The position numbers and the translations under genes are program-made. From Chthoniobacterales bacterium (GTDB lineage Bacteria > Verrucomicrobiota > Verrucomicrobiia > Chthoniobacterales > Chthoniobacteraceae), in contig JBBQZX010000018.1 in the NCBI GenBank assembly GCA_038207335.1, positions 49,691-113,690 on the forward strand: a DNA stretch of 64,000 bases, given 5' to 3'. This document shows positions 37,616 to 45,988 of the stretch, in pieces. How positions within the stretch are numbered: the first letter of the stretch is position 1; the number at the start of each line of letters is the position of its first letter. The notes under the pieces are model-generated. The model saw nothing but the letters and a program-made list of their open reading frames with translations, was not told the origin of the DNA and ran no database searches.

Positions 37616-38344
37616 ATGAAATTTCTCATCGCTCTTTCTGCCATCGCCCTCTGCGCATTCGGTGCCGTCCGCGCCGAAGACACGCAGGGCCTCGTCCTGC
37701 CGTTCAAACTCGTCAGCGTCAGCTCGCCCGTGCTTCAGGAGGTCATCACCGATGTGCTCGTGGAAGAAGGTGACACCGTCAAAGAAGGCCAGGTGATCGT
37801 GCAGCTTCGCGCCGAAAAAGAGGAACTCGAAGTCGAGCGCACCGAGAAGCAAATCGAACTCTACGAATTCAAGGCGAAGGGCTCCGACACACTTTTCCAG
37901 GAGAAAATGGGGAGCAAGGAAAAGTCGCTCGAAGACCAGGCGCAGCTCGCGCTCGCAAAAATCCTGCACCGCTCGGCGGAAGTTTCGCTAAAAGAAAAGA
38001 CGGTCCGCTCACCGCTAGCGGGCATCGTCGTGAAGAAATACAAGGAGGCCGGTGAGTCCGTAGATCGCGTCGAAAAGCTCATCGACATCGTGAATATCGA
38101 CCAGGTCTTCGTGCAGTTTTACCTCGATCCCAAGCTGATGACCTCGCTCAAGAACGACGAGCAGATCCCGGTGAAATTTCCGGTGATTGGCAACGAAACA
38201 TTTCAGTCGAAAATCGCATTCATCGAGCCGCGAATCGATGCCGGCAGTGGCCTCTTTCGCGTGAAAGTCCTCATCGAAAACAAGGACCACAAAATCAAGG
38301 CCGGGATGCGCGGAACCGCCGACTTTTCAAAGACAGGAAAGTGA
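37616..38344 (+). CDS. Stand-alone periplasmic adaptor (MFP) with signal peptide
   Basis: VEEGDTVKEGQVI, VRSPLAGIV, RIDAGSGLFRVKVLIEN...IKAGM. Confidence 0.9.
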   Translation: MKFLIALSAIALCAFGAVRAEDTQGLVLPFKLVSVSSPVLQEVITDVLVEEGDTVKEGQVIVQLRAEKEELEVERTEKQIELYEFKAKGSDTLFQEKMGSKEKSLEDQAQLALAKILHRSAEVSLKEKTVRSPLAGIVVKKYKEAGESVDRVEKLIDIVNIDQVFVQFYLDPKLMTSLKNDEQIPVKFPVIGNETFQSKIAFIEPRIDAGSGLFRVKVLIENKDHKIKAGMRGTADFSKTGK

Positions 38345-38345
38345 C

Positions 38346-40568
38346 ATGAGCGCGACCGCTGCCGCAGCCCCGGAGCCGATCTCCCCGCCACCTCCGCCGC
38401 AGCAGGAGAACATCGTCCTGCCAGCGCTTCGCGGCGATCTAGTCGTCAACAAGCAGCTTTACGAGGGCCGCAGTTACTACGTCGTCAAGGACCCGATCTC
38501 GCTCCAATATTTCCGCATGACGGCGGAGGATTATTTCCTCGCCACGCTTTTCGACGGACGCCGCACATTCGGACAAATCCGCGACCTCTACCTCCAGCGC
38601 TACCCGCACGTCCGGCTCGACTACGACCCGGAGGAGCTGAACGAGCGCGTGCTGCGCTTCGCAAACGACCTCGCTTTGATGCAATTTTTGAGCGTTCAGG
38701 GGATGCGCGTGAAAGCGCGGCTCGACGCCGCGAAGACCCGAAAGAAATCGAAAGGCGGCCTCTACAATCTCGCGAACCAGGTCTTCTTTTTCCGCTTCTC
38801 GCTTTTTGATCCCGACAAGATTTTTGGCCGGATGGCCAAGCCGGTCTGGTGGGTCTGGACACAGCCGGTGCTCTGGATTTCCTGCGCGCTCATCGCCGCC
38901 GCAGTCGTCGTTTTCATCCGCAACTCGGAGGGGCTCGACCAAGCGCTCGCGAATCTTTTCCACTGGGAAAATATCGCGCTCATGTGGGTCAGCACGATCG
39001 TCGTGAAATCGATTCACGAGCTCGGCCACGGGCTCACGTGCAAGCACTTCGGCGGCGAGGTCCACGAGGTCGGCTTCATGGCGCTCGTCTTCACGCCCTA
39101 TTTTTTCGTGAACGTCAGCGACACATGGACCATGTCGAATCGCAAGCACCGGATGCTCGTCTCGGCTGCGGGCATTTACGTCGAGCTCATCTTCGCCGCC
39201 TTCGCCGTCTTTTTATGGGCAGTTATCCAGCCCGGCTGGCTGCACAATTTCCTCTTTAACATCATCATCATCACGTCGGTCTCGACGATCATGTTCAACG
39301 CGAACCCGCTCATGCGGTTCGACGGATACTACATCCTAACCGACCTCATCGAGGTGCCAAACCTGCAGGGCAAAGCGCGCGCGCTCATCCAGCACCAGTT
39401 CAATCAACTGCTCTTCGGCCACAGCTCGAAGGACGCCGTCCTCTCCCGGATGCCGCTCCCGCGCCGCCGCTTCGCGCTCTTTTACACCTACGCCGTGCTC
39501 TCGTGGATTTACGGCTACTGGGTCATCTACAAGCTCATCGTTTTCATGAAGCCGCACCTCCAGCCGCTCGGCCTCGAGGGGCTCTCGGACTGGTTCGCCG
39601 GCCTCGCGCTCGTCTCGTGGATTCTGCTGCCCATCGTTGGATTTTTCAAAACCATGCACCTCACGAAACAAGACTGGAAGCCGCACGGACGCCTGCGCCG
39701 CCTCTCCGCCATCGGCCTCGTCGCGGTCGGAATCTTCGGTGCCGCCTGCTTTCTTCCGGTCAATTTGAAAATCAAACGCGTCGGCGCGGTGGAGCTCGCC
39801 GAGCCCGAGCAGGTGCGCCCGGAGGTCCCGGGATTCGTGGAGGAAATTTACGTGAAAGAGGGCGATCACGTCACCGCCGGGCAGCCGCTCGCTAAGCTCG
39901 GAAACCGCGAACTTTCGCAAAGTCTCAACTCAGTCGAGAACCGCGTGAAAGTCTCGAAGGCAATGGTCGCGCGCGCGCTTGGAATGGAAAAACCGGCGGA
40001 GCTGAAACAGGCTCAGAATCTGCAAGCAGGCCACGCCGCGAAGTTCGAGGAAGCGCAGCGAGACGTGGAAAGTCTCACGCTTCGCGCGCGCACGACGGGC
40101 ACCGTTCTCACGCGCGACATCGACAAGAAACTCGGCCATTTGCTGAGGGGTAACGAGCTCTTCTGCGAAATCGCGGCGCTCGACCCGATGCGGATCAAAA
40201 TCGCATTGAATGAGAAGCAGGTTCGTTACGTGAAGCGTGGGCAAAAGGTGGTGCTTAAGGTGAATGCCTACCCCGACAAAACGCTCCACGGCACGGTCGC
40301 GGAAGACCCGATCATGTTTTTTGGCGAGTCGATTCCCGCCGCTTTTTCAGCGCGGCGCTCCGGCGATGTGCCGGTGTATGTCGATGCAAAAGGGCACGAC
40401 GTGCCGCTCGAGCGCACCTTCGAGGCGGTCGTGTCGGTTGAGAATTCGGAAGGTCTGCTGCGCCCCGGCATGACCGGCCGCGGCAAGATCGACGCGGGCT
40501 CGCGGCTGTGGGGGCAATTGGTGTTGCAGTCGATTCGCGACCTCGTAAGCCTCGATTACCGTTTTTGA
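38346..40568 (+). CDS. PqqD/RRE-like + M50 (site-2) zinc protease + MFP fusion protein
   Basis: YVVKDPISLQYFRM...LFDGRRT N-terminal module; HELGH (39015-39029), SAAG, NANPLMRFDGYY; then VKEGDHVTAGQPL and LRPGMTGRGKI. Confidence 0.88.
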   Translation: MSATAAAAPEPISPPPPPQQENIVLPALRGDLVVNKQLYEGRSYYVVKDPISLQYFRMTAEDYFLATLFDGRRTFGQIRDLYLQRYPHVRLDYDPEELNERVLRFANDLALMQFLSVQGMRVKARLDAAKTRKKSKGGLYNLANQVFFFRFSLFDPDKIFGRMAKPVWWVWTQPVLWISCALIAAAVVVFIRNSEGLDQALANLFHWENIALMWVSTIVVKSIHELGHGLTCKHFGGEVHEVGFMALVFTPYFFVNVSDTWTMSNRKHRMLVSAAGIYVELIFAAFAVFLWAVIQPGWLHNFLFNIIIITSVSTIMFNANPLMRFDGYYILTDLIEVPNLQGKARALIQHQFNQLLFGHSSKDAVLSRMPLPRRRFALFYTYAVLSWIYGYWVIYKLIVFMKPHLQPLGLEGLSDWFAGLALVSWILLPIVGFFKTMHLTKQDWKPHGRLRRLSAIGLVAVGIFGAACFLPVNLKIKRVGAVELAEPEQVRPEVPGFVEEIYVKEGDHVTAGQPLAKLGNRELSQSLNSVENRVKVSKAMVARALGMEKPAELKQAQNLQAGHAAKFEEAQRDVESLTLRARTTGTVLTRDIDKKLGHLLRGNELFCEIAALDPMRIKIALNEKQVRYVKRGQKVVLKVNAYPDKTLHGTVAEDPIMFFGESIPAAFSARRSGDVPVYVDAKGHDVPLERTFEAVVSVENSEGLLRPGMTGRGKIDAGSRLWGQLVLQSIRDLVSLDYRF

Positions 40569-40578
40569 TTTCTCCTCG

Positions 40579-42444
40579 ATGCTGACACCCCGCCCGCGCG
40601 CGCTCGCGCTCGCCCTTCTCGCCGCCAGTTTCTGCACCGCCCGTGCGGCCGATCCGGTAAAGCCGCCGACCTTTCGCACCGGCACTTCGCGGCCCGGCAA
40701 GACCACGAAAGGCGCGGGCATTTTCGACGGGAAGCTCATCGAGAAAATCACGTTGCGCGAGGCGATCAACCAGGCGCTGCGCAACAACCTCGACGCCAAA
40801 TTCGACAACCTCGGCATCGCTTCGGAACACGCGCGGCTGCGGTTCGAGGCAGGCGTTTTCGACCCGACGTTCAGCATCGATCTAGCGCGGGAATCGCTGC
40901 GGCGACCCGAGAATGCGAACGACTTCACCAGCGTCGAGCAAGTCCGCCAACAGAACCAAATCAACGTTGCGGCCGCGCAAGCCGTCGCGCTCAACAACGT
41001 CGCCGCCTCCAGCGCCGCGCAGACCGCGCTCATCAACGCGCAATTCAACGCCGCCGCCTCGCAGGTTGCCGCGGCCGGTGGAGATCAGCAGCTCGCCGCG
41101 CAGCTACAGTCCGCAGCCAGCGCCAATCTCAACGCCGCCGCCAACGCCTTCAACAGCGCCACGGCCGTCTCGAAGTCGGTCAGCAACAATGCCGGCCTCA
41201 CGACTTTCAACTCCACCATCTTCGACCAGCAGAACGACCGCTTTTCCGCGAACCTCATCCAGCGCACGCCGTGGGGAATGCGCTACGGGGTCTTCGTCGA
41301 GTCGAACCGCCTGCGGAACACCTACAGCGGCGACACGCGCGTGGTTTTTCCCGAATATCAGACGCTCGCGCAGGTGCAGATCGTCCAGCCGCTGCTCAAG
41401 GACTTCGGCCCTGCGGCGAATCTTTCGAATGTCCGCATCGCGCGGATCAGCAAAAAGATCGCGATCCTGACGTGGCAGCAGCGCGTGGAGACGAGCATCC
41501 AGTCGGTCATGGCGGCTTACTACGACATGATCTTCGGCCTCGCGGACATCGGCGTGAGGCAGGATGCGATCGCGGCGGATGAAAATCTCGCGCACCAAAA
41601 TCAGCGGCGGCTCGATGTCGGATTCATGCAGCCCTTCGACGTGCAGCAGGCGCTCGCGCAGGTGTCCCTCGATCAGGAGCAATTGCTCACCGCGAAGAAC
41701 ACGCTCTTCGAGCGGCAGTTCGCGCTGAAGCGGCTCATCACCGACCGCTTCGAGGTTAACGACGCGCGCATCTTTCTCCCCGTCGCCGAGCCGCCGCTCA
41801 CGCCGCCGTCCATCGACCGCTCGTTCTTTTTGCAGCAGGCATTTGCGAATCGCCCCGACTTCCAGCAGGCGCTCGCCGAGGCCGATGCGCAGGACATCCG
41901 GCTGCGATTCGCGCGCAACCAACTCCTCCCGCAGCTCGACCTCGTCGCCACCTACGGGCTCAACGGCCTCACGCAGGGGAGCTCGAGAGACAGCTTCGAC
42001 CAGGCCTTCGAGGGGCACACGCCGTCGTGGACAGTCGGGGTCAATTTCCGCGTCCCGCTGGGCAACGTGCAGGCCCGCGCGCAGCTCGCGCTCGTGAAGT
42101 CGCAGAAAGAGCAGGCGATCATCAAAATCAAGCAAAGCGAGCTCGGCATCGGCGTCGATGTGGACACCGTCATCAGCCGCATCGAGGTGAATCAGCAGCG
42201 CGTCACCACCGCGCGCAACACCAGCGCGCTGTACGAGGAAGCCGTCCGCATCGCCTATCGCCGGCTGGATGAAGGGCAGATCTCCAGCTTCGACATCATC
42301 GAGCAACAGCGGCGCCTCTACGACGCTCGCAGCCGCGAGGCCGCCACGCGCGCCGAGCTGAGCAAATCGATCACGCAGCTCTGGCTTGTGACCGGCACGA
42401 TTCTGGAAAAGCTCAACATCCGCCTCGACGCCGGACCGCCGTAG
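40579..42444 (+). CDS. TolC family outer membrane protein with a long Ala/Asn/Gln insertion
   Basis: ITLREAINQALRNNL, QPLLKDFG, NRPDF, LLPQLDL, GQISSFDI. Confidence 0.9.
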   Translation: MLTPRPRALALALLAASFCTARAADPVKPPTFRTGTSRPGKTTKGAGIFDGKLIEKITLREAINQALRNNLDAKFDNLGIASEHARLRFEAGVFDPTFSIDLARESLRRPENANDFTSVEQVRQQNQINVAAAQAVALNNVAASSAAQTALINAQFNAAASQVAAAGGDQQLAAQLQSAASANLNAAANAFNSATAVSKSVSNNAGLTTFNSTIFDQQNDRFSANLIQRTPWGMRYGVFVESNRLRNTYSGDTRVVFPEYQTLAQVQIVQPLLKDFGPAANLSNVRIARISKKIAILTWQQRVETSIQSVMAAYYDMIFGLADIGVRQDAIAADENLAHQNQRRLDVGFMQPFDVQQALAQVSLDQEQLLTAKNTLFERQFALKRLITDRFEVNDARIFLPVAEPPLTPPSIDRSFFLQQAFANRPDFQQALAEADAQDIRLRFARNQLLPQLDLVATYGLNGLTQGSSRDSFDQAFEGHTPSWTVGVNFRVPLGNVQARAQLALVKSQKEQAIIKIKQSELGIGVDVDTVISRIEVNQQRVTTARNTSALYEEAVRIAYRRLDEGQISSFDIIEQQRRLYDARSREAATRAELSKSITQLWLVTGTILEKLNIRLDAGPP

Positions 42445-42465
42445 GCCGCGCAACTCGACGACGCA

Positions 42466-43734
42466 ATGATCATTCGTCGCGCGTTCCTCCAAACCACCGC
42501 CGTCGCCGCGCTCGCCTCGCGACTCCTCGCGGACGACACACGCACGCTGCCGCCGGTGCGCGCGATCACACACGGGCCGAAATTTCATTGGTTCGGGTAT
42601 TACGACAAATTGCAGTTCGACCCAAGCGGGCGATACGTGCTCGGAAATCAGGTCGATTTCGAGCACCGCTCGCCGACGGCGGACGACAAAATTCAGGTCA
42701 GCATGGTCGATTTGGAGAACGGCGACCAATGGATCGAACTCGGCGAATCGCGCGCCTGGAATTGGCAGCAGGGCTGCATGTTGCAATGGCTCCCGGACTC
42801 GGCAAGCGAGGTCATGTGGAATGATCGCGAGCCGGGCGCGGACGACTTTTGCTGCCACATCCTCGATGTCTTCAACGGAAAAAAGCGGACGCTGCCCCAC
42901 CCGGTTTACAATCTGAGCCCGGAAGCGCGGTGGGGCATCGCGCCGGACTTCCGGCGGCTCAACGACTGCCGCCCCGGGTACGGATATCCGGGCATCGACG
43001 ACCCGAATCGCGATGTCGCCGCGCCGGACGACGCGGGGATTTGGAAAATGGACATGGCGACCGGCGCTCGGGCACTCATCATTCCGCTGAGTAAAGCCGC
43101 GACGATCCCGTTTCAGGGCGGCTTCCCGGAAGGTGCGAAGCATTGGTTCAATCACCTGCTTTTCAATCAGGACGGCTCGCGTTTCATCTTCCTCCACCGC
43201 TGGCACGGTGCGAAGGAGCTGAAAGGGAAGTTTTCGACGCGCCTGTTCACTGCGGCGGCGGATGGCAGCGATCTCTTCATCACCGACCCGCGCGGACGCA
43301 CCTCGCATTTTGTCTGGCGCGATCCACAGCACATCGCGGCCTTCGCCGGGCATCCGATGAGCGAGGAGGATCGCTTCTATTTGTTCACGGACAGAAGCGA
43401 CATCGTCGAGCCGATCGGCCACGACGTGATGATCGTGAACGGCCACAACACCTATCTCCCGCGGCACGGCAACGAGTGGATCCTCAACGACACGTATCCT
43501 GACGGGCGCCGCTTGCAAAATCCATATCTTTTCCACGTCCCGACGGGCCAGCGCACATGGCTCGGGCACTTTTTCTCGCCGCCCAAATACGCCGGCGAAT
43601 GGCGCTGCGACAACCATCCGCGCAGCAACCCGATTGGCACCGCGGTGTGCATCGACTCGCCGCACGGCGGCGGCGGGCGGCAGATGTATTTGATCGACAT
43701 CCGCGCGCTCGTCCCGCCGCCGGAGGCGGCGTAA
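42466..43734 (+). CDS. Tat-exported beta-propeller (TolB/oligogalacturonate lyase-like) hypothetical protein
   Basis: IRRAFLQ Tat-like motif; HWFGYYDK, AWNWQQG, WFNHLLFN, RCDNHPR. Confidence 0.75.
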   Translation: MIIRRAFLQTTAVAALASRLLADDTRTLPPVRAITHGPKFHWFGYYDKLQFDPSGRYVLGNQVDFEHRSPTADDKIQVSMVDLENGDQWIELGESRAWNWQQGCMLQWLPDSASEVMWNDREPGADDFCCHILDVFNGKKRTLPHPVYNLSPEARWGIAPDFRRLNDCRPGYGYPGIDDPNRDVAAPDDAGIWKMDMATGARALIIPLSKAATIPFQGGFPEGAKHWFNHLLFNQDGSRFIFLHRWHGAKELKGKFSTRLFTAAADGSDLFITDPRGRTSHFVWRDPQHIAAFAGHPMSEEDRFYLFTDRSDIVEPIGHDVMIVNGHNTYLPRHGNEWILNDTYPDGRRLQNPYLFHVPTGQRTWLGHFFSPPKYAGEWRCDNHPRSNPIGTAVCIDSPHGGGGRQMYLIDIRALVPPPEAA

Positions 43735-43814
43735 CGCGCTAAAACTTTAGCCGCAAAGCGGAAATTGCCGGGTCGAGCACGCCGATCTGGCTCCTGCGAC
43801 GGAGTCTCGCCCCA

Positions 43815-45209
43815 TCATGCCACCGGAAGATGCACCGTGAAGATGCTGCCTGCTTCGCGGCTGCTGACTTCGATTTCGCCGCGTTGCGATTCGACGAGGG
43901 ATTTGCAAATCGCGAGGCCGAGGCCCGCGCCGCCGGTGACGCGGTTGCGCGCGGAATCGGCGCGGTAGAATCGCTCGAAGAGGTGGGGCAGATGTTCGGC
44001 TGAAATGCCGGGACCGGTGTCGGCGATGCGGAGGATGGCGGCCCCGTCTTTGTGCTCGGTGCTGACGAGAATCTCATCGCCGGGGCGAATATATTTCACG
44101 GCGTTCGTGAGGAGATTGATGAGAATGCGCTCGATTTTCTCGGGGTCGGCGAGACACGGCGCGGGGTCGAGCGAGGTCTGCATAGTGATGCCGCGCTCGC
44201 CTGCGAGGATGCGGAATTGGTGGACTTGAGCGCGCGTGATTTCCGCGATGTCGCACCGCTGCAACGGCTCGGAGACGCTGTGGGAATCGAGCACGGACAG
44301 CTCGAGGAGTGATTCAATCAAGGCGCTCATCCGCGTGCCGGAGCGTTGGATGGTCGTGATGATTTCAAGATGCTCCTCGACGCTGCGCGGACGGCTGAGC
44401 GCGAGCTGCGCTTGTGCCAGAATGATCGCGACGGGCGTGCGCAGTTCGTGCGCGGCGTCGGAGGAAAATCGCGTCTGCTGCGCGAAGGCGGCGTCTAGTC
44501 GGGTGAACGTGTGATTCAGAATGGCGGCGAGCTGGCCGAGTTCGCTTCCGGCCTCGGCGACCGGGATTCGCTCATCGAGGTGGCCGTCGGCGATGCGCGC
44601 GGCGGCGCCGCTGATCGCGTCGATGGGCGCGATGGCGCGAGTCGCCACGAGCCAGCCACCAGCAAGGCCGAGAGCGAGAACGATACCACCGAGTGCAGCA
44701 AGCCCACCAGCAAAGCGGCGCATTTCGGAATCGACCGCATCTTCTGAGATGCCCGCCAGCAGACATTCTCCGGGCGGCGTGAAGTGAGCCATTTCACGAA
44801 ATCCGGCGCGCGAACGAATGGAATCACCGTCGGGCTCAGGCTCCCGGAGCGGCTCGGGCGCGTGGTCGGATTTGCCGAGCAGGAGCCCGTCGCGGCGCCA
44901 AACGGTGTAGTAGAATGCGGGAGGGCTGGGAGCGAACAGCGCAGCATCCTCAAGGAGCGGTTGAAACTTTTGCGGGTCGTCTTCGGGACGCGGTGGGCGG
45001 CGCCCCGGCGGTTCGTGCTCCGGCCCTCCTCGCTGCAGGCTCGCGGCGAGGCTCTCGATACGGCGGCGCAGCGCATCGTCGAGATGCCGCAGTTCATTTG
45101 CCCGCTGGAGCCGATACGCGACGACGCCAAAGCCGATGAGCACCGCCAGCAAAAGCGCGCCGTGCCAAATCTGGATGCGCCAGCGGATCGAGCGCGGGAG
45201 CATTCTCAC
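43815..45209 (-). CDS. HAMP sensor histidine kinase (CusS/BaeS-like)
   Basis: Two TMs, HAMP, DAAHELRTP, NLLTNAVKY, DTGPGI, GAGLGLAI; GTG start overlaps the regulator stop. Confidence 0.93.
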   Translation of the reverse strand: MRMLPRSIRWRIQIWHGALLLAVLIGFGVVAYRLQRANELRHLDDALRRRIESLAASLQRGGPEHEPPGRRPPRPEDDPQKFQPLLEDAALFAPSPPAFYYTVWRRDGLLLGKSDHAPEPLREPEPDGDSIRSRAGFREMAHFTPPGECLLAGISEDAVDSEMRRFAGGLAALGGIVLALGLAGGWLVATRAIAPIDAISGAAARIADGHLDERIPVAEAGSELGQLAAILNHTFTRLDAAFAQQTRFSSDAAHELRTPVAIILAQAQLALSRPRSVEEHLEIITTIQRSGTRMSALIESLLELSVLDSHSVSEPLQRCDIAEITRAQVHQFRILAGERGITMQTSLDPAPCLADPEKIERILINLLTNAVKYIRPGDEILVSTEHKDGAAILRIADTGPGISAEHLPHLFERFYRADSARNRVTGGAGLGLAICKSLVESQRGEIEVSSREAGSIFTVHLPVA

Positions 45210-45859
45210 AGGCCGATGCTGTAGCCCTGCCCGCGGTGCGTGGCGATGAAGTCGAAGCCGAGTTTCTTGCGCAGATTTGAGACGTGGACATCGACGAGAT
45301 TGGAAAGCGGCGTCTCCGTTTCATCGTGCAGATGCTCGTAAAGCTGGGTGCGCGTGATGATCCGGCGGCGGTGATGCACGAGATACTCGAGCACTGCAAA
45401 TTCCCGCGCGCTCAGCGGCACGGCGACCCCGCGAAGGGTCGCCTGCCGTGCGGCAAGATCGACTTCGACTTCGCCGATTTTCACTGACGCCGCAGCCGTG
45501 CCGCTGGCGCGGCGGACGAGTGCGCGCAGCCGTGCGGCGAGTTCGTCGAGATCGACAGGCTTCGCAAGATAATCATCCGCGCCGGTGTCGAGGCCACGGA
45601 TGCGATCCTTCACCTGAAGCCGCGCGGTGAGCATGAGCACCGGCGTATTCCTCGTCTCGCGAAGCCGCCGCAGCACCTCGAAGCCGTTCATTTCCGGCAA
45701 CATCACATCGAGCACGATCGCGTCGTACTCGACCGATTTGGCTTTGTAGAAACCCTCCTCGCCGTCGCTCGCGGCATCGACGGAATAGCCTTCCTCCCGC
45801 ATCGCCTGGACGATCGTGCGGAGAAAATCGGGCTCGTCTTCGATGATGAGGATGCGCAT
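45206..45859 (-). CDS. OmpR family response regulator
   Basis: MRILIIEDE, LDVMLP, GADDYLAKP, SNLVDVHVSNLRKKL, THRGQGY. Confidence 0.95.
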   Translation of the reverse strand: MRILIIEDEPDFLRTIVQAMREEGYSVDAASDGEEGFYKAKSVEYDAIVLDVMLPEMNGFEVLRRLRETRNTPVLMLTARLQVKDRIRGLDTGADDYLAKPVDLDELAARLRALVRRASGTAAASVKIGEVEVDLAARQATLRGVAVPLSAREFAVLEYLVHHRRRIITRTQLYEHLHDETETPLSNLVDVHVSNLRKKLGFDFIATHRGQGYSIGL

Positions 45860-45898
45860 GGAGGCGGGAGGATCTGGCCGCAAATTTGCAGGCCGATC

Positions 45899-45977
45899 AT
45901 TAAGCCAGCGTGAACGTCGGGCGAAAGTTCACGCGTAATTTTTGCGAGAAAGTTCGCCGCTTTCATGCTGGCTTAAT
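45899..45977. promoter_or_regulatory. 16-bp inverted repeat pair in the divergent promoter, candidate regulator boxes
   Basis: ATTAAGCCAGCGTGAA (45899-45914) and TTCATGCTGGCTTAAT (45962-45977), 15/16 reverse-complement match. Confidence 0.6.
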
Positions 45978-45988
45978 CTTCACCCCCG

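Noticed and set aside
41104..43665. 853-aa minus-strand ORF (also 49796-51667 and 60893-62554)
   Set aside because: Antisense shadows of tolC and the beta-propeller gene, the kinase, and the esterase-lactonase; expected in high-GC DNA.
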